Of a stretch of 64,000 nucleotides of DNA, positions 11,709 through 23,421 are shown piece after piece; the first letter of the stretch is position 1, and every line of letters starts with the position of its first letter. A program made the position numbers and the translations under genes. The DNA is from an uncultured Piscirickettsiaceae bacterium (lineage in GTDB: Bacteria; Pseudomonadota; Gammaproteobacteria; GCF-002020875): positions 506-64,505 of the forward strand of contig CAYFOR010000002.1 in NCBI GenBank assembly GCA_964344785.1, written 5' to 3'. The notes beneath the pieces are model-generated. The model made no database searches and was not told where the DNA came from. It worked only from the letters and a program-made list of their open reading frames with translations.

Positions 11709-12584
11709 ATGGCAACGGAAGAGGAAGAGTACACTGCTGGAAAACTGCATGGGAGCGAGCGTGATGCGATGCACCTCTACATGCAGGAGATCCGGGACTA
11801 CCCACTGCTGAATGCTGAAGAGGAGCAGCAGTGGGCACGCAAGGTTCAGAAGGGGGATATTGATGCACGTAACCGGTTGGTTGAGTCCAACCTGCGTCTG
11901 GTAGTCAGTATCGCCCGTCGATACCAGAATCATGGTGTCTCACTGATGGATCTGGTCGAAGAGGGGAATCTTGGTCTGATGCGTGCAGTTGAGAAATTTG
12001 ATCCTGATCGGGGATTCCGTTTCTCAACCTATGCAACCTGGTGGATTCGACAGAGTGTCGACCGGGCAGTGATGAGTCAGGGGCGTACGGTGCGCCTGCC
12101 GATCCATATCCTGCGCGAGATGCGCGGCTATCTGCGTGCCTCACGCGAGCTGGCACAGAGTAGCAACCACGAACCTTCCGTTGCAGAGGTTGCGGACTAT
12201 CTTGACCGTTCTGAAGAGAGTGTCGATCAGATGATTACCTTCAGTGAGCCAACGACTTCGATTGAGACACCGATTGCCAAGGGTTCGAATCAGACCATCG
12301 GTGAAGTGATCGAAGATGAGTCGCTGGCTGCTCAGGATGAGAGACTGTTGCAGGAGGAGATCTATAACCATCTCAGTGAGTGGTTGGATGGGCTGAAGGA
12401 GCGGGAACGAAAGGTAGTGGTACACCGTTTCGGGCTACTCGATCAGGAGGAGATGACGCTGGATGCATTGGGTGAGGTATTGGGGGTGACCCGTGAACGG
12501 GTTCGACAGATCCAGATGGGGGCATTGAGCCACCTTCATGATATTCTGATTCGAGCAGGGTATTGTGAAGAGAATGTGCTATAA
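11709..12584 (+). CDS. rpoS: RNA polymerase sigma factor RpoS (sigma-38)
   Basis: 291-aa sigma-70 family ORF after nlpD; region 2 ([38 protein letters not shown]), region 4 HTH; short region 1 (no upstream in-frame start). Confidence 0.85.
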   Translation: MATEEEEYTAGKLHGSERDAMHLYMQEIRDYPLLNAEEEQQWARKVQKGDIDARNRLVESNLRLVVSIARRYQNHGVSLMDLVEEGNLGLMRAVEKFDPDRGFRFSTYATWWIRQSVDRAVMSQGRTVRLPIHILREMRGYLRASRELAQSSNHEPSVAEVADYLDRSEESVDQMITFSEPTTSIETPIAKGSNQTIGEVIEDESLAAQDERLLQEEIYNHLSEWLDGLKERERKVVVHRFGLLDQEEMTLDALGEVLGVTRERVRQIQMGALSHLHDILIRAGYCEENVL

Positions 12585-12593
12585 AACCAGCGG

Positions 12594-13187
12594 TCATTCA
12601 TCCCGGATCAGCTGAGGTAAGCGCTGCTGATATTCATTACGGGAGATCTCCCGTGCTCCCAGGCGGCGTAGGTGGTCGGTCATCATCTGAATGTCGATCA
12701 TCCCGATCTCTTGATGCTTGAAGTCGTTGATCAGAGTGACCAGTGCAATCTTGGAGGCATCACCACTTCGGCTGAACATGGATTCACCACAGAACAGTTT
12801 TCCGATGGTGACTCCATAAAGCCCTCCAACCAGTTCATCGTCTTGCCAACACTCGACCGATAGCGCATATCCCAGTTCGTGGAGCCGGATATAGGCCTCA
12901 CTCATTTCATCGGTGATCCAGGTGCCATTTTGCTGCGGGTCCTTTCGTGGCGCCGCGCATGCGCTGATCACATCAGGGAATGCGTGATTCATGGTGACCC
13001 GGTAGGGTTGCTGGCGCAGTCTCTTTTTCAGGCTGCGTGGTACATGCAGCTCATCCGGAAACAGTACGGCCCGTGGATCAGGGGACCACCAGAGAATGGG
13101 TTCTCCCTCACTGTACCAGGGAAAAATCCCGTGAGAGTAGGCATTCAGCAGGCGTTGGGGCGAGAGGTCGCCACCTGCAGCAAGCAA
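12594..13187 (-). CDS. aat: leucyl/phenylalanyl-tRNA--protein transferase
   Basis: [39 protein letters not shown].. matches the Aat N-terminal signature; convergent with rpoS. Confidence 0.85.
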   Translation of the reverse strand: MLAAGGDLSPQRLLNAYSHGIFPWYSEGEPILWWSPDPRAVLFPDELHVPRSLKKRLRQQPYRVTMNHAFPDVISACAAPRKDPQQNGTWITDEMSEAYIRLHELGYALSVECWQDDELVGGLYGVTIGKLFCGESMFSRSGDASKIALVTLINDFKHQEIGMIDIQMMTDHLRRLGAREISRNEYQQRLPQLIRDE

Positions 13188-13289
13188 GCCATTGGGCTCG
13201 CCTAGTGCAAAGTGGCTGGGAGGAAAGGGGGCCGCCGGGTCATCATCCAGCCAGAACGGCCCCTTGATATCGAGTGTCTCTATTGTCGT

Positions 13290-14426
<1,137 letters not shown>

Positions 14427-14454
14427 TGATACGGTGTAAAGAATTGAGCGGAGA

Positions 14455-15531
14455 TTGTACATGAATGGTCTGGTGGTTGGGGTACCATCTGAAGTACGCG
14501 CATTTGAAGGGCGGGTAGCGCTGACACCACAGGCGGTATCATCGCTAAAGGCGGCGGGTAGTGATGTACTGATCCAACAGGGGGCAGGGCTTCTGAGTGG
14601 ATTTGATGATCACCAGTATCATGATGCTGGCGCCGAAATGGTCTCGGATGCGTTTTCGCTGTATCAGAGAGCAGAGCTGATTGTTAAGGTCAAGGAGCCC
14701 CAACGCAGTGAGATCCCGTTGCTGAGGAGAGGGCAGCTGCTCTTCTGTTATCTGCACCTTGCAGCAGACCTGGAGTTGATGGCGTTATTGGCAGAGACTG
14801 GATTGACGGCCATTGCCTTTGAGACGGTTGAAGTGGACGGCCGGCTACCGTTGTTGGCACCGATGAGCGCCATTGCCGGAAAACTGTCTGTACAGATTGG
14901 AACCCGGCTTCTGCATCAGCCACAAGGAGGAAAGGGGTTATTGCTGGGAGGGGTTGATGGTGTTGAGCCTGGGCGGGTAGTGATACTGGGGGGTGGCGTG
15001 GCAGGAGAGGCGGCACTCTCTGTTGCATCCGGTATTGGTGCGGAAGTCACACTGCTTGAGCGGACAGAGAGGCGAATCGAAATATTGAAACAGCGTTATC
15101 CGGGCATTGAGGGGGTGTTGTCATCCGGGGCCACGATCTCCGATCATGCAGCCGGAGCGGACCTGTTGATTGGAGCGGTACTGCTCAAGGGCGCGCGTGC
15201 CCCCAAGCTGGTCAGCAAGAAGGTGGTCGCGCAGATGGGGGCAGGCAGTGTGGTGATTGACATCTCGGTTGATCAGGGCGGTTGTATCGAAACCATTCGG
15301 CCAACGACCTATCAATCTCCAACCTATACCGTAGACGGCGTCACCCATTTTGGGGTCACCAACATGCCTGGCGCTGTACCAAGGACGGCTTCTCAGGCAC
15401 TTTCAGCAGCCATTCTTCCCTGGGTGATCAAATTATCTCAAGACAAATGGAGAGAGATGTCAGTGCTGACTGAGGCGATCAATATTGATCAGGGGGAAGT
15501 GGTCTATCCAGCGCTCAAGACCATGATCTGA
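14455..15531 (+). CDS. ald: alanine dehydrogenase (AlaDH/PNT family)
   Basis: 358-aa ORF; ..RVALTP..VKVKEP..FCYLHLAAD..AIAFETVE..LPLLAPMS..VVILGGGVAG..VIDISVDQGGC..TNMPGAVPRT motifs typical of AlaDH. Confidence 0.8.
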   Translation: MYMNGLVVGVPSEVRAFEGRVALTPQAVSSLKAAGSDVLIQQGAGLLSGFDDHQYHDAGAEMVSDAFSLYQRAELIVKVKEPQRSEIPLLRRGQLLFCYLHLAADLELMALLAETGLTAIAFETVEVDGRLPLLAPMSAIAGKLSVQIGTRLLHQPQGGKGLLLGGVDGVEPGRVVILGGGVAGEAALSVASGIGAEVTLLERTERRIEILKQRYPGIEGVLSSGATISDHAAGADLLIGAVLLKGARAPKLVSKKVVAQMGAGSVVIDISVDQGGCIETIRPTTYQSPTYTVDGVTHFGVTNMPGAVPRTASQALSAAILPWVIKLSQDKWREMSVLTEAINIDQGEVVYPALKTMI

Positions 15532-15534
15532 AGT

Positions 15535-15672
15535 AACTGTTCAGCTCACCCCTGAAATCCGCCATTTCCTGCCTTGAAGCGCAGCAATGCCTTTAGGCGG
15601 TCACTGACGAATTTCAGGAGCAATCTGAATCAATTACGGGTACTGGTGAATAGTTACGATCTGAATCGCTGT
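15535..15672 (+). repeat. MITE-like repeat, type A copy 2 (short form lacking internal core)
   Basis: aactgttcagctcacccctgaaatc begins 1 nt after the ald TGA; tail caatctgaatcaattacgggtactggtgaatagttac. Confidence 0.8.
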
Positions 15673-15874
15673 GCCGGAAAAAGCGGAACCCCATCCAACA
15701 AGTCCGTTCGTGTGTGCCTGGCTGCCTTTGATTTGTACACTGAAGCGTCGTGGATGAGGCTCATTCTGATCTTAGGTCAGGTTGTCGGTGTGTCAAGAAA
15801 AAAGTATCAGCACACTTTTTACGCTCCAAAATCCCGGAATATTCTGCCTGTACTTCGGGGTGCCACTTTCCAGC

Positions 15875-16564
15875 TCAAGGCTGCTTGAATAGAACAGTTT
15901 CTACAGCTTGACCCATCTTTTCCGAGGGCCACCGCTCTGGTGGCGATGGAGCAATCCGGGGTGAGTAGACCCGTGTTCCGTAGCCGGGTTGATCGATTAC
16001 AGTCCGTCCGGCACTGTTTTCTACATAGATTGCCTTCCCTGACAGCAGGGCAAACTCGAGCGATTCACCATGATCCAGTGAGCCTCCCCAAAAGCCCGTC
16101 CCTCGCACACCAATTACTGCCAAGGGGGTTTTGATCGTAAAGGGGTGTCCAGCCAGGTCGGCGATGCGTCCCGTGTCTACCTTGAAAGCGCCTGATGAAA
16201 TGTAAGTGCTGGCCAGGCCGGACCCTGCTTCGCCATCGTAACGATACTGCCTGAACTCGACCTGGGAGAGTGAGCCGGCAGTAATCAGTGCATCATCAAT
16301 CATCTGCAGGGTGATCCGGGTATCCGGTTTCGAGTGTAGTCGGTCACCCTCGAAAATCTGATCCCCAGTTGAGAGTTCACGGTCAGTACTTGTCGTTGAA
16401 ACAAGAACGGTACCTTGCAGTTGTGTCACCACACCGATCAGATGAGGCCGATCCTGTCTGTTGCTCTCTTCCCCGCTCAAGGATGGTGGCAGAGCGACAA
16501 GCGCAAGGAGGAGGGTCAGCACAGGTGCAACAAGGCGTGGTTGTGTATGTATCGGATGGTTCAT
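15875..16564 (-). CDS. FecR-domain periplasmic protein (signal peptide)
   Basis: Likely start MNHPIHTQPRLVAPVLTLLLALVALPPSLSG (signal peptide); FecR-like beta-rich domain; no adjacent ECF sigma factor. Confidence 0.5.
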   Translation of the reverse strand: MNHPIHTQPRLVAPVLTLLLALVALPPSLSGEESNRQDRPHLIGVVTQLQGTVLVSTTSTDRELSTGDQIFEGDRLHSKPDTRITLQMIDDALITAGSLSQVEFRQYRYDGEAGSGLASTYISSGAFKVDTGRIADLAGHPFTIKTPLAVIGVRGTGFWGGSLDHGESLEFALLSGKAIYVENSAGRTVIDQPGYGTRVYSPRIAPSPPERWPSEKMGQAVETVLFKQP

Positions 16565-16803
16565 GCAACTTCGGTGAGTCGTACTATCGGGCGGCTTGCA
16601 GATGGATCTATACAGTCTCGGCGACAATCTCAGTCTCGTCAAATAAATTGCGAATGGTGTAAATACGCTCTAACAGCACAAATGGTTCAGTGTTCAGGCC
16701 GATTCCGGTAAAATTCTTCGTTTTTCTAAAGCCGAGGGAAAAGCAGTTGGCGCGTACGAAGAGACAGGAAGAGCATAACCCGGCCAGCCGAACAGGTCGT
16801 GGC

Positions 16804-19062
16804 ATGAGAGAGGGGGCGCTTTTTCTCAGCGTTGCCGTAACGCTCTATCTGTGGGCATCACTCTATACTTTCAGCCTCAATGATCCGGCATGGAATTTTG
16901 CGGCACCGGTCACTCAATATCACAATTCAGGCGGTGTCTTCGGTGCCTGGTTTGCCGACATCCTCTTCACCATCCTGGGAATCATGGCATGGCTGTTGCC
17001 GCCAGTGGTTGGCTGGCTGGGGTGGCTGCTGTTTGTCGACCGGGCGCGCCTGCTCCGTTTCGATCCCCACCTGCTGGCAATTCGGGTGGGTGGGTTTCTG
17101 ATGACGGTTTTGGGCGGCGCAGGGCTATCCTATCTCCATTTTCACCGTTTTGATCAGGTGCTGCCTGCCAAGACCGGTGGTGTTCTGGGGGATTGGATCG
17201 GCAGCCTCTTCCTGTCGGTGATCGGTTCTTTCGGCAGTACGATTTTTCTATTGGCACTCTTTCTTACCGGGATGTCGCTCTTTACCCACCTCTCCTGGTT
17301 GGTGGTGATGGAGCGGATTGGTGCAGCAGTACTGGAAGGCATGTTGAGACTGCGTTCCATTCCGGAAAAGCTGAATGAGATCAAGGCAGGGCGACAGGCC
17401 AGAGAAGAGAGAGAGCAGCAGGTTGAGAAGGCGCGCAGCAAACCGCGACAGCGGAAAAAGCCGAAGATTGAGCCCAAGCTGGGGTCGATCGAGATCAGCG
17501 AACGGGCACTGAAGGAGACTCAGGGGTCGCTCTTCGATGAGTTGACGACCAACTATGCCAGTCAGGGGGACGTTGCTCCGCCACCACTCTCGCTGCTGGA
17601 TAAACCGGTCTCGCTGGAAGGCGGGTATTCCAGAGAGATGCTGGAGGCACTCTCCCGTCAGGTGGAACTGAAGTTGAGGGAGTTTGGCGTTGAGGTCGAG
17701 GTGGTTGCGGTACAGCCGGGACCAGTCATCACCCGTTTCGAACTCTCTCCGGCACCAGGTTTGAAGGCGAGCAAGATTACCAACCTCTCCAGTGATCTGG
17801 CCCGTTCATTGACACTCCAGAGTGTCCGTGTGGTGGAGGTGATTCCCGGTAAATCGACGATTGGCCTCGAGATACCCAACGAGATACGTGAGACGGTCTC
17901 TCTGTCGGAGATCCTGGCTTCAAACGAGTACGACAAGTCGAAGGGCGAACTCTCACTGGCATTGGGCAAGGATATCTCCGGGCAACCGCAAGTTGCCAAT
18001 CTTGCCAAGATGCCCCATCTGCTGGTTGCAGGCACGACAGGTTCCGGTAAGTCCGTCAGTGTCAATACCATGATCTTGAGTCTTCTTTTCAAATATTCAC
18101 CGGAGCATGTGCGGTTGATCATGGTGGACCCGAAGGTGGTGGAGCTGTCTGTGTATGACGGGATTCCTCATCTGCTGGCGCCTGTTGTTACGGACATGAA
18201 TGAAGCAGCCAGTGCACTGCGATGGAGCGTGGCGGAGATGGAGCGGCGCTACAAGTTGATGGCAAGCCTCAATGTACGCAGCATCAGCGGTTGCAACAAG
18301 AAGATACAGGAGGCGATTGAGGCCGGTGCACCACTGGTCGATCCGTTACAGGCGATGGATGAGGGGGAGGAGCATGAGCAGCCTCTGCTGGAGCATCTGC
18401 CCTATATCGTGGTAGTCGTTGATGAGATTGCCGACCTGATGATGTCCGTGGGCAAGAAGGTTGAGGAGCTGATTGTCCGCATTGCCCAGAAGGCGCGTGC
18501 CGCCGGAATTCATCTGATCCTTGCTACGCAGCGTCCGGATGCTACGGTGATCACCGGTCTGATCAAGTCCAATGTACCTTCACGCATTGCCTTCCAGGTC
18601 ACTTCAAGAACAGACTCCAGAGTGATTCTTGATCATAATGGTGCCGAGAGCCTGTTGGGCCGGGGCGACATGCTCTATCTGCCGATGGGGGCCGGTATTC
18701 CAAACCGTGTGCATGGTGCCTTTGTCGGTGACGATGAGGTACATCGGGTTGTTGAGCATCTGAAGAGTGGTTCCGAACCGCAATATATCGAGGACGTGTT
18801 ATCCACACCAGAGAGTGGTGAAGGGGCAACAGCTGCTGAAGGTATGGATGATGCCGAGAGTGATGCACTCTATGACGATGCAGTCCGTATCGTTACTGAG
18901 AGCCGAAATGCATCGGTTTCAAGTGTGCAGCGCCGTCTTCGGGTGGGTTACAACCGTGCCTCCCGTCTTGTTGAGGCAATGGAGTATGCGGGTGTGGTCA
19001 GTGCGGTAGGCCCCAACGGTCAACGTGAAGTGCTGGCTCCGCCACCGGTGGAAGTTGAGTGA
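16804..19062 (+). CDS. ftsK: DNA translocase FtsK
   Basis: N-terminal 4 TM segments, Pro/Gln-rich linker, C-terminal motor with Walker A GTTGSGKS and Walker B VVVVDE, gamma wHTH; alternative upstream start at 16690. Confidence 0.9.
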   Translation: MREGALFLSVAVTLYLWASLYTFSLNDPAWNFAAPVTQYHNSGGVFGAWFADILFTILGIMAWLLPPVVGWLGWLLFVDRARLLRFDPHLLAIRVGGFLMTVLGGAGLSYLHFHRFDQVLPAKTGGVLGDWIGSLFLSVIGSFGSTIFLLALFLTGMSLFTHLSWLVVMERIGAAVLEGMLRLRSIPEKLNEIKAGRQAREEREQQVEKARSKPRQRKKPKIEPKLGSIEISERALKETQGSLFDELTTNYASQGDVAPPPLSLLDKPVSLEGGYSREMLEALSRQVELKLREFGVEVEVVAVQPGPVITRFELSPAPGLKASKITNLSSDLARSLTLQSVRVVEVIPGKSTIGLEIPNEIRETVSLSEILASNEYDKSKGELSLALGKDISGQPQVANLAKMPHLLVAGTTGSGKSVSVNTMILSLLFKYSPEHVRLIMVDPKVVELSVYDGIPHLLAPVVTDMNEAASALRWSVAEMERRYKLMASLNVRSISGCNKKIQEAIEAGAPLVDPLQAMDEGEEHEQPLLEHLPYIVVVVDEIADLMMSVGKKVEELIVRIAQKARAAGIHLILATQRPDATVITGLIKSNVPSRIAFQVTSRTDSRVILDHNGAESLLGRGDMLYLPMGAGIPNRVHGAFVGDDEVHRVVEHLKSGSEPQYIEDVLSTPESGEGATAAEGMDDAESDALYDDAVRIVTESRNASVSSVQRRLRVGYNRASRLVEAMEYAGVVSAVGPNGQREVLAPPPVEVE

Positions 19063-19679
19063 AACAGCGATTTATAAAGCTCGTCATACTATTGCTGCTG
19101 GCTCCACATCTTGCCTGGGCCAGTGAAACTGCAGCTCTTGAATCATTCTTTGAATCACTGGAGACACTTCAGTGTGATTTCAAGCAGCGGGTATATGACG
19201 GGAATGGGGCTGTGGTCGAACAGACCGAGGGAACCATCGCCATCCGGCGTCCGGGTCAGTTTCGCTGGATCACAACAGTGCCGTATCAGCAGGAGGTGAT
19301 CGGGGATGGAGAGCGGATCTGGATCTATGATCCCGATCTGGAACAGGTGACGGTGCGGCGACAGAAAGGCGTATTGAACAGTACACCGGCACATCTGTTG
19401 ACCCAGCAATTTCCGTTGCGTGAGGCGTTCAATCTGGAAACGGTTGATCGTTCGGATTCCCTGCAGTGGATCGAACTCAAACCACTGCAGGAAGGGGGGG
19501 GATTCGAACGGTTGATGGTGGCGATGGCGCAGGGGGCGCTACGACAGATTGAGGTGGAGGATAGTATCGGGCAGCGCACCGAGATCATTCTGGTCGATGT
19601 ACGAACCAACCGGGCACTCTCTCCACAGCAATTTCAATTTGTCCCGCCTGCAGGCGTTGATATCGTTGGGGACTATTGA
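19059..19679 (+). CDS. lolA: outer-membrane lipoprotein carrier protein LolA
   Basis: 206 aa, signal peptide, F..L..L.A.F.Q pattern; conserved ftsK-lolA-rarA order. Confidence 0.9.
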   Translation: MKQRFIKLVILLLLAPHLAWASETAALESFFESLETLQCDFKQRVYDGNGAVVEQTEGTIAIRRPGQFRWITTVPYQQEVIGDGERIWIYDPDLEQVTVRRQKGVLNSTPAHLLTQQFPLREAFNLETVDRSDSLQWIELKPLQEGGGFERLMVAMAQGALRQIEVEDSIGQRTEIILVDVRTNRALSPQQFQFVPPAGVDIVGDY

Positions 19680-20962
19680 TGGTGGTACCTCTGGCGGAGA
19701 GGATGCGTCCTGTATCACTGCAGCAGTTTGTCGGGCAGGCGCACCTGCTTGGAGAAGGAAAACCGCTACGACAGGCTATTGAGTCGGGCAATCTCCACTC
19801 GATGCTGCTGTGGGGGCCTCCCGGTACGGGCAAGACCACACTGGCGAGGCTGCTTGCTCACTATGCCAGTGCCGATTTTCTGGCTATTTCAGCGGTACTT
19901 TCAGGGGTGAAGGAGATCCGCAATGCGATTGAGCAGGCCAATCGGGCCAGGGAACTTGGCAGAGGAACCCTGCTGTTCGTCGATGAGGTACACCGTTTCA
20001 ACAAAAGTCAGCAGGATGCCTTTCTCCCCCATGTCGAGGATGGCACCTTCACCTTTATTGGCGCAACGACCGAAAATCCATCGTTTGAACTCAATAATGC
20101 ACTGCTCTCACGTGCCCGACTCTACCGTCTCAGGCCGCTGGACGAGACAGCACTGAGAGAGATTGTCGGACAGGCCATACAGCGTGAGGAGAGCAACATC
20201 GAGCTGTCGGATGAGGGGCTGGAACTGCTGATTTCGGTAGCGGACGGGGATGCGCGAAGAGCACTCAATATACTGGAGATCCTGATGCATGCAGTGGATC
20301 AGGAGGCCTCCGGGGAGAGAGTGGTCTCCCGGCAGTTGGTGGCACAGGTGGTGGCAGAGGGTTCTCGCCGTTTTGACAAGGCGGGAGACCTCTTTTACGA
20401 GCAGATTTCAGCACTGCACAAGTCGGTTCGTGGTTCCAATCCCGATGCGGCACTCTATTGGTTTGCGCGGATGGTGGATGGTGGAGTGGACCCCCTCTAC
20501 GTGGCCCGGCGAGTGGTACGTATGGCAAGCGAGGATATTGGCAATGCCGACCCACGTGCATTGCAGATGGCGTTGAATGGCTGGGAAAGCTTTGAGCGTC
20601 TGGGGAGCCCCGAAGGTGAGTTGGCCATTGCCCAGGCAATCTGCTATCTGGCGATCGCTCCCAAAAGCAATGCGCTGTACAAGGCGTGGAATGGTGTGAT
20701 GGCTGACGTGAAACAGGGTGGAACGGCAGAGGTCCCGGTTCATCTCCGTAACGCTCCAACCCGGGTGATGAAGGAGCTGGGGTATGGTCGCGCATATCGC
20801 TACGCCCATGATGAACCGGATGCCTATGCTGCTGGGGAGACCTATTTCCCGGAGGCAGTTGGAGAGCAGGTCTACTATCATCCGGTTGAACGCGGGATGG
20901 AGATCAAGATCAAGGAACGGTTGGAGTATCTGCGGGCACTGGATCGTGAAACGAGGAAATAG
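19676..20962 (+). CDS. rarA: replication-associated recombination protein A (AAA+ ATPase)
   Basis: [44 protein letters not shown]..; MgsA/RarA family. Confidence 0.9.
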   Translation: MMVVPLAERMRPVSLQQFVGQAHLLGEGKPLRQAIESGNLHSMLLWGPPGTGKTTLARLLAHYASADFLAISAVLSGVKEIRNAIEQANRARELGRGTLLFVDEVHRFNKSQQDAFLPHVEDGTFTFIGATTENPSFELNNALLSRARLYRLRPLDETALREIVGQAIQREESNIELSDEGLELLISVADGDARRALNILEILMHAVDQEASGERVVSRQLVAQVVAEGSRRFDKAGDLFYEQISALHKSVRGSNPDAALYWFARMVDGGVDPLYVARRVVRMASEDIGNADPRALQMALNGWESFERLGSPEGELAIAQAICYLAIAPKSNALYKAWNGVMADVKQGGTAEVPVHLRNAPTRVMKELGYGRAYRYAHDEPDAYAAGETYFPEAVGEQVYYHPVERGMEIKIKERLEYLRALDRETRK

Positions 20963-21176
20963 CGATAGAAATCAAAATAGGATAGCTCTTAAGTGTGATG
21001 TGGCCTGATCTATTGCTGATCAGATCAGATGTCCATTGTGGTGGGAGGGTAGGGGGCATGGTTTCTGCTAGCCAGTCGCCATGTGTCAAATAATGGGGTT
21101 ATCCAGCTTTTTCCATTTTGGGGTAGCCGTATTGTGGACAATAATTACCTAATCTAGTGAGAGTGGCTGAATCAAC

Positions 21177-21428
21177 ATGTCTAGTGAAGAGTTGAAAACG
21201 TTTCTTGCAAGCTGGCTGGCGGAGATCGACGAGTTCTCTCTGAAGAGTCTGCATCATCGGTTGATCAAGAATGGTGTCTGCAAAAAGGGGACCTCCAGAC
21301 GGGACCTGGCGAGGGTCCTGATGGAGTTGGAGGATGAGGAGGTGTTGAGCCTGATTCGAATTGATGAATTTGATGAAGACGACCGCTTCAAGGATACTCC
21401 GATGTGGACTGCGTTCAGAAATGAATAG
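21177..21428 (+). CDS. hypothetical small acidic protein (83 aa), orphan
   Basis: ORF only; sits at a synteny breakpoint (rarA|yceD); no recognised domain. Confidence 0.3.
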   Translation: MSSEELKTFLASWLAEIDEFSLKSLHHRLIKNGVCKKGTSRRDLARVLMELEDEEVLSLIRIDEFDEDDRFKDTPMWTAFRNE

Positions 21429-21457
21429 GGTTGTTGCCGCACAACAGGTACGATGAC

Positions 21458-21967
21458 CTAATGCTTTAACTGCTCCAGTATCTGGAAGGGGTTCTGACGC
21501 TGCTCTTCAGGGAGTTCGGTCGAATCCTGAAGGAATTGAGTTGCGTTGCACTGATCCGGCTCATGACTGACGACGACGGGGATTGCCAGAATCAGTTCAT
21601 CCTCGATGAATTCATGCAGGGAGAAGTCGTGGTCATCAATCAATAGTGGTTCATACTGCTCCGGCAGCGTCTCCTCTTCCTGTTCGTGCTGGATCAATGC
21701 CATGTCGAATCGGCTCTCCAGTGTAACCTCCACCCGTTCCATGCAGCGCTGACAGGGGAGATTGACGGTTGCCTGGAGGGTCCCCTGTAGCAGGGGAATC
21801 TCAGCCTCGTCCATGCTGAATTGTATGTCAATAGAGACACTCCCCTGGTTGTCGGCAAGCATGGATTGGGCGCGCTCCATGGCCTCCAGATTCAGGCGCT
21901 GTTGAATCGATTTGCCAGCACGGGCAAAACTGATTGGAGAGAAGTGGTCGGGTAGATGGTCGGACAT
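21458..21967 (-). CDS. yceD: 23S rRNA accumulation protein YceD (DUF177)
   Basis: 169 aa, CQRCMERVEV Cys motif and acidic composition typical of YceD; divergent from maf. No rpmF follows it. Confidence 0.75.
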   Translation of the reverse strand: MSDHLPDHFSPISFARAGKSIQQRLNLEAMERAQSMLADNQGSVSIDIQFSMDEAEIPLLQGTLQATVNLPCQRCMERVEVTLESRFDMALIQHEQEEETLPEQYEPLLIDDHDFSLHEFIEDELILAIPVVVSHEPDQCNATQFLQDSTELPEEQRQNPFQILEQLKH

Positions 21968-22046
21968 GGTCGAGGGAATGGTATGATCTGCACCCCATTG
22001 AACGCAACCGTAATCTGAAACAGCTTAACTGATAGATACTTCAAAC

Positions 22047-22634
22047 ATGGTCATTCCACTGCCGCTTGTACTGGGTTCCAGCTCACCGTTCAGAAAAGAG
22101 TTGCTTACTCGTTTGAAACTGCCGTTTGAGACCTGCTCGCCGGATATCGATGAGACGGCATTGGACGGTGAAACGCCACAGCAGCTGGTGGAACGGTTAT
22201 CGATTGAGAAAGCCCGGGCCGTTGCCGGGCAGTTTCCGGCGCATCTGGTGATCGGTTCCGATCAGGTGGCTGTCAATGAGGGTCGTATCCTGGGCAAGCC
22301 GGGTAGCTTTGAGCGTGCGGTAGAGCAGTTGTCCGCAGCATCGGGCAGGAAGGTGCAGTTCTTTACCGGCCTGACCCTGCTCAATAGTGCCAATGGTCAG
22401 TATCAGAGTGAAGTGGTCCCGTTTGCAGTGCACTTCAGGCAGTTGAGTCAGAATCGGATTGAGCGATACCTGCAGGCTGAGCAGCCCTATAACTGTGCGG
22501 GCAGCTTCAAGTCCGAGGGGTTGGGGATTACCCTTTTCGATCGACTGGAGGGGGATGATCCCAGTGCATTGATGGGATTGCCACTCATCCGTCTGGTCAG
22601 GATGCTGGAGCGGGAAGGGGTAGAATTTCCCTGA
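22047..22634 (+). CDS. maf: Maf-like nucleoside-triphosphate pyrophosphatase
   Basis: 195 aa; LVLGSSSPFRKELL..GSDQV Maf signature. Confidence 0.85.
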   Translation: MVIPLPLVLGSSSPFRKELLTRLKLPFETCSPDIDETALDGETPQQLVERLSIEKARAVAGQFPAHLVIGSDQVAVNEGRILGKPGSFERAVEQLSAASGRKVQFFTGLTLLNSANGQYQSEVVPFAVHFRQLSQNRIERYLQAEQPYNCAGSFKSEGLGITLFDRLEGDDPSALMGLPLIRLVRMLEREGVEFP

Positions 22635-23277
22635 TCTTCAGGATTGAGTCGATGCAGGCGAGTGGTGCGAATTGTTGCAGTCGCTCCGCTTCATGGACAC
22701 CATAGCAGACTCCAATCGAGGCCATATTGGCCTGCTGGGCCATCTCCAGATCGTATTCGGTATCCCCAATCATGACCGCATTCTCTGCGTCGATCTGCAG
22801 CGCTTCCAGGATCTCAAACAGCATCTGGGGATGGGGTTTGGATCGGGTCTCATCTGCGCAGCGTGTGATGTCAAAGGTATCGTTCAAGCCGATTTCATTC
22901 AGTGTGTGGTCCAGACCACGTCGACTCTTGCCGGTTGCTACCGCTATTTTGACGCCGCCACGGCGTAGTTGATCAAGCAGTTCCATGACTCCGGGGAAGA
23001 GGTCTTCACGCACCTGTTTGACCTGCAGGAAATGGCTTCGGTAGTGGTCGGCGAGCGTATGGGCAAAAGCCGCATCACTCCCCGGGTAGAGCATGGAGCA
23101 GGCCTCCAAAAGACCCAGGCCAATCACATTGCTGACCTCGTTGTCACTGCGTGGTGCCAGCCCCATGTCCGATATTGCACCATGCATACAACGCACAATC
23201 AAATGCACGGAGTCCATTAGTGTTCCATCCCAGTCAAAGATGACCAATTTGATGGGGGCATTCATAAGTTGCGACAT
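22597..23277 (-). CDS. HAD-superfamily phosphatase (phosphoglycolate phosphatase-like)
   Basis: Motif I VIFDWDGTLMDS, motif III K, motif IV GDTEYD; the 3' end overlaps the maf end convergently. Confidence 0.7.
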   Translation of the reverse strand: MSQLMNAPIKLVIFDWDGTLMDSVHLIVRCMHGAISDMGLAPRSDNEVSNVIGLGLLEACSMLYPGSDAAFAHTLADHYRSHFLQVKQVREDLFPGVMELLDQLRRGGVKIAVATGKSRRGLDHTLNEIGLNDTFDITRCADETRSKPHPQMLFEILEALQIDAENAVMIGDTEYDLEMAQQANMASIGVCYGVHEAERLQQFAPLACIDSILKIREILPLPAPAS

Positions 23278-23280
23278 GAG

Positions 23281-23421
23281 TAACTGTTCATTGGTACTCG
23301 TAACTGATTCAGATTGCCTCTGAAATTCGTCAGATCAAGGCGTGAAATGTGAGTTTATACGTATAAATGTCCATTTCACAACACAGAGCTGGTGGATTTC
23401 AGAGGTGAGCTGAACAGTTGC
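23281..23421 (-). repeat. MITE-like repeat, type A copy 3 (inverted orientation), overlapping the rluC 3' end
   Basis: Tail module (revcomp) at 23281-23325, core caaggcgtgaaa..tttcacaacacaga, end ggtggatttcagaggtgagctgaacagtt; the end encodes the last 14 codons and stop of rluC. Confidence 0.8.
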
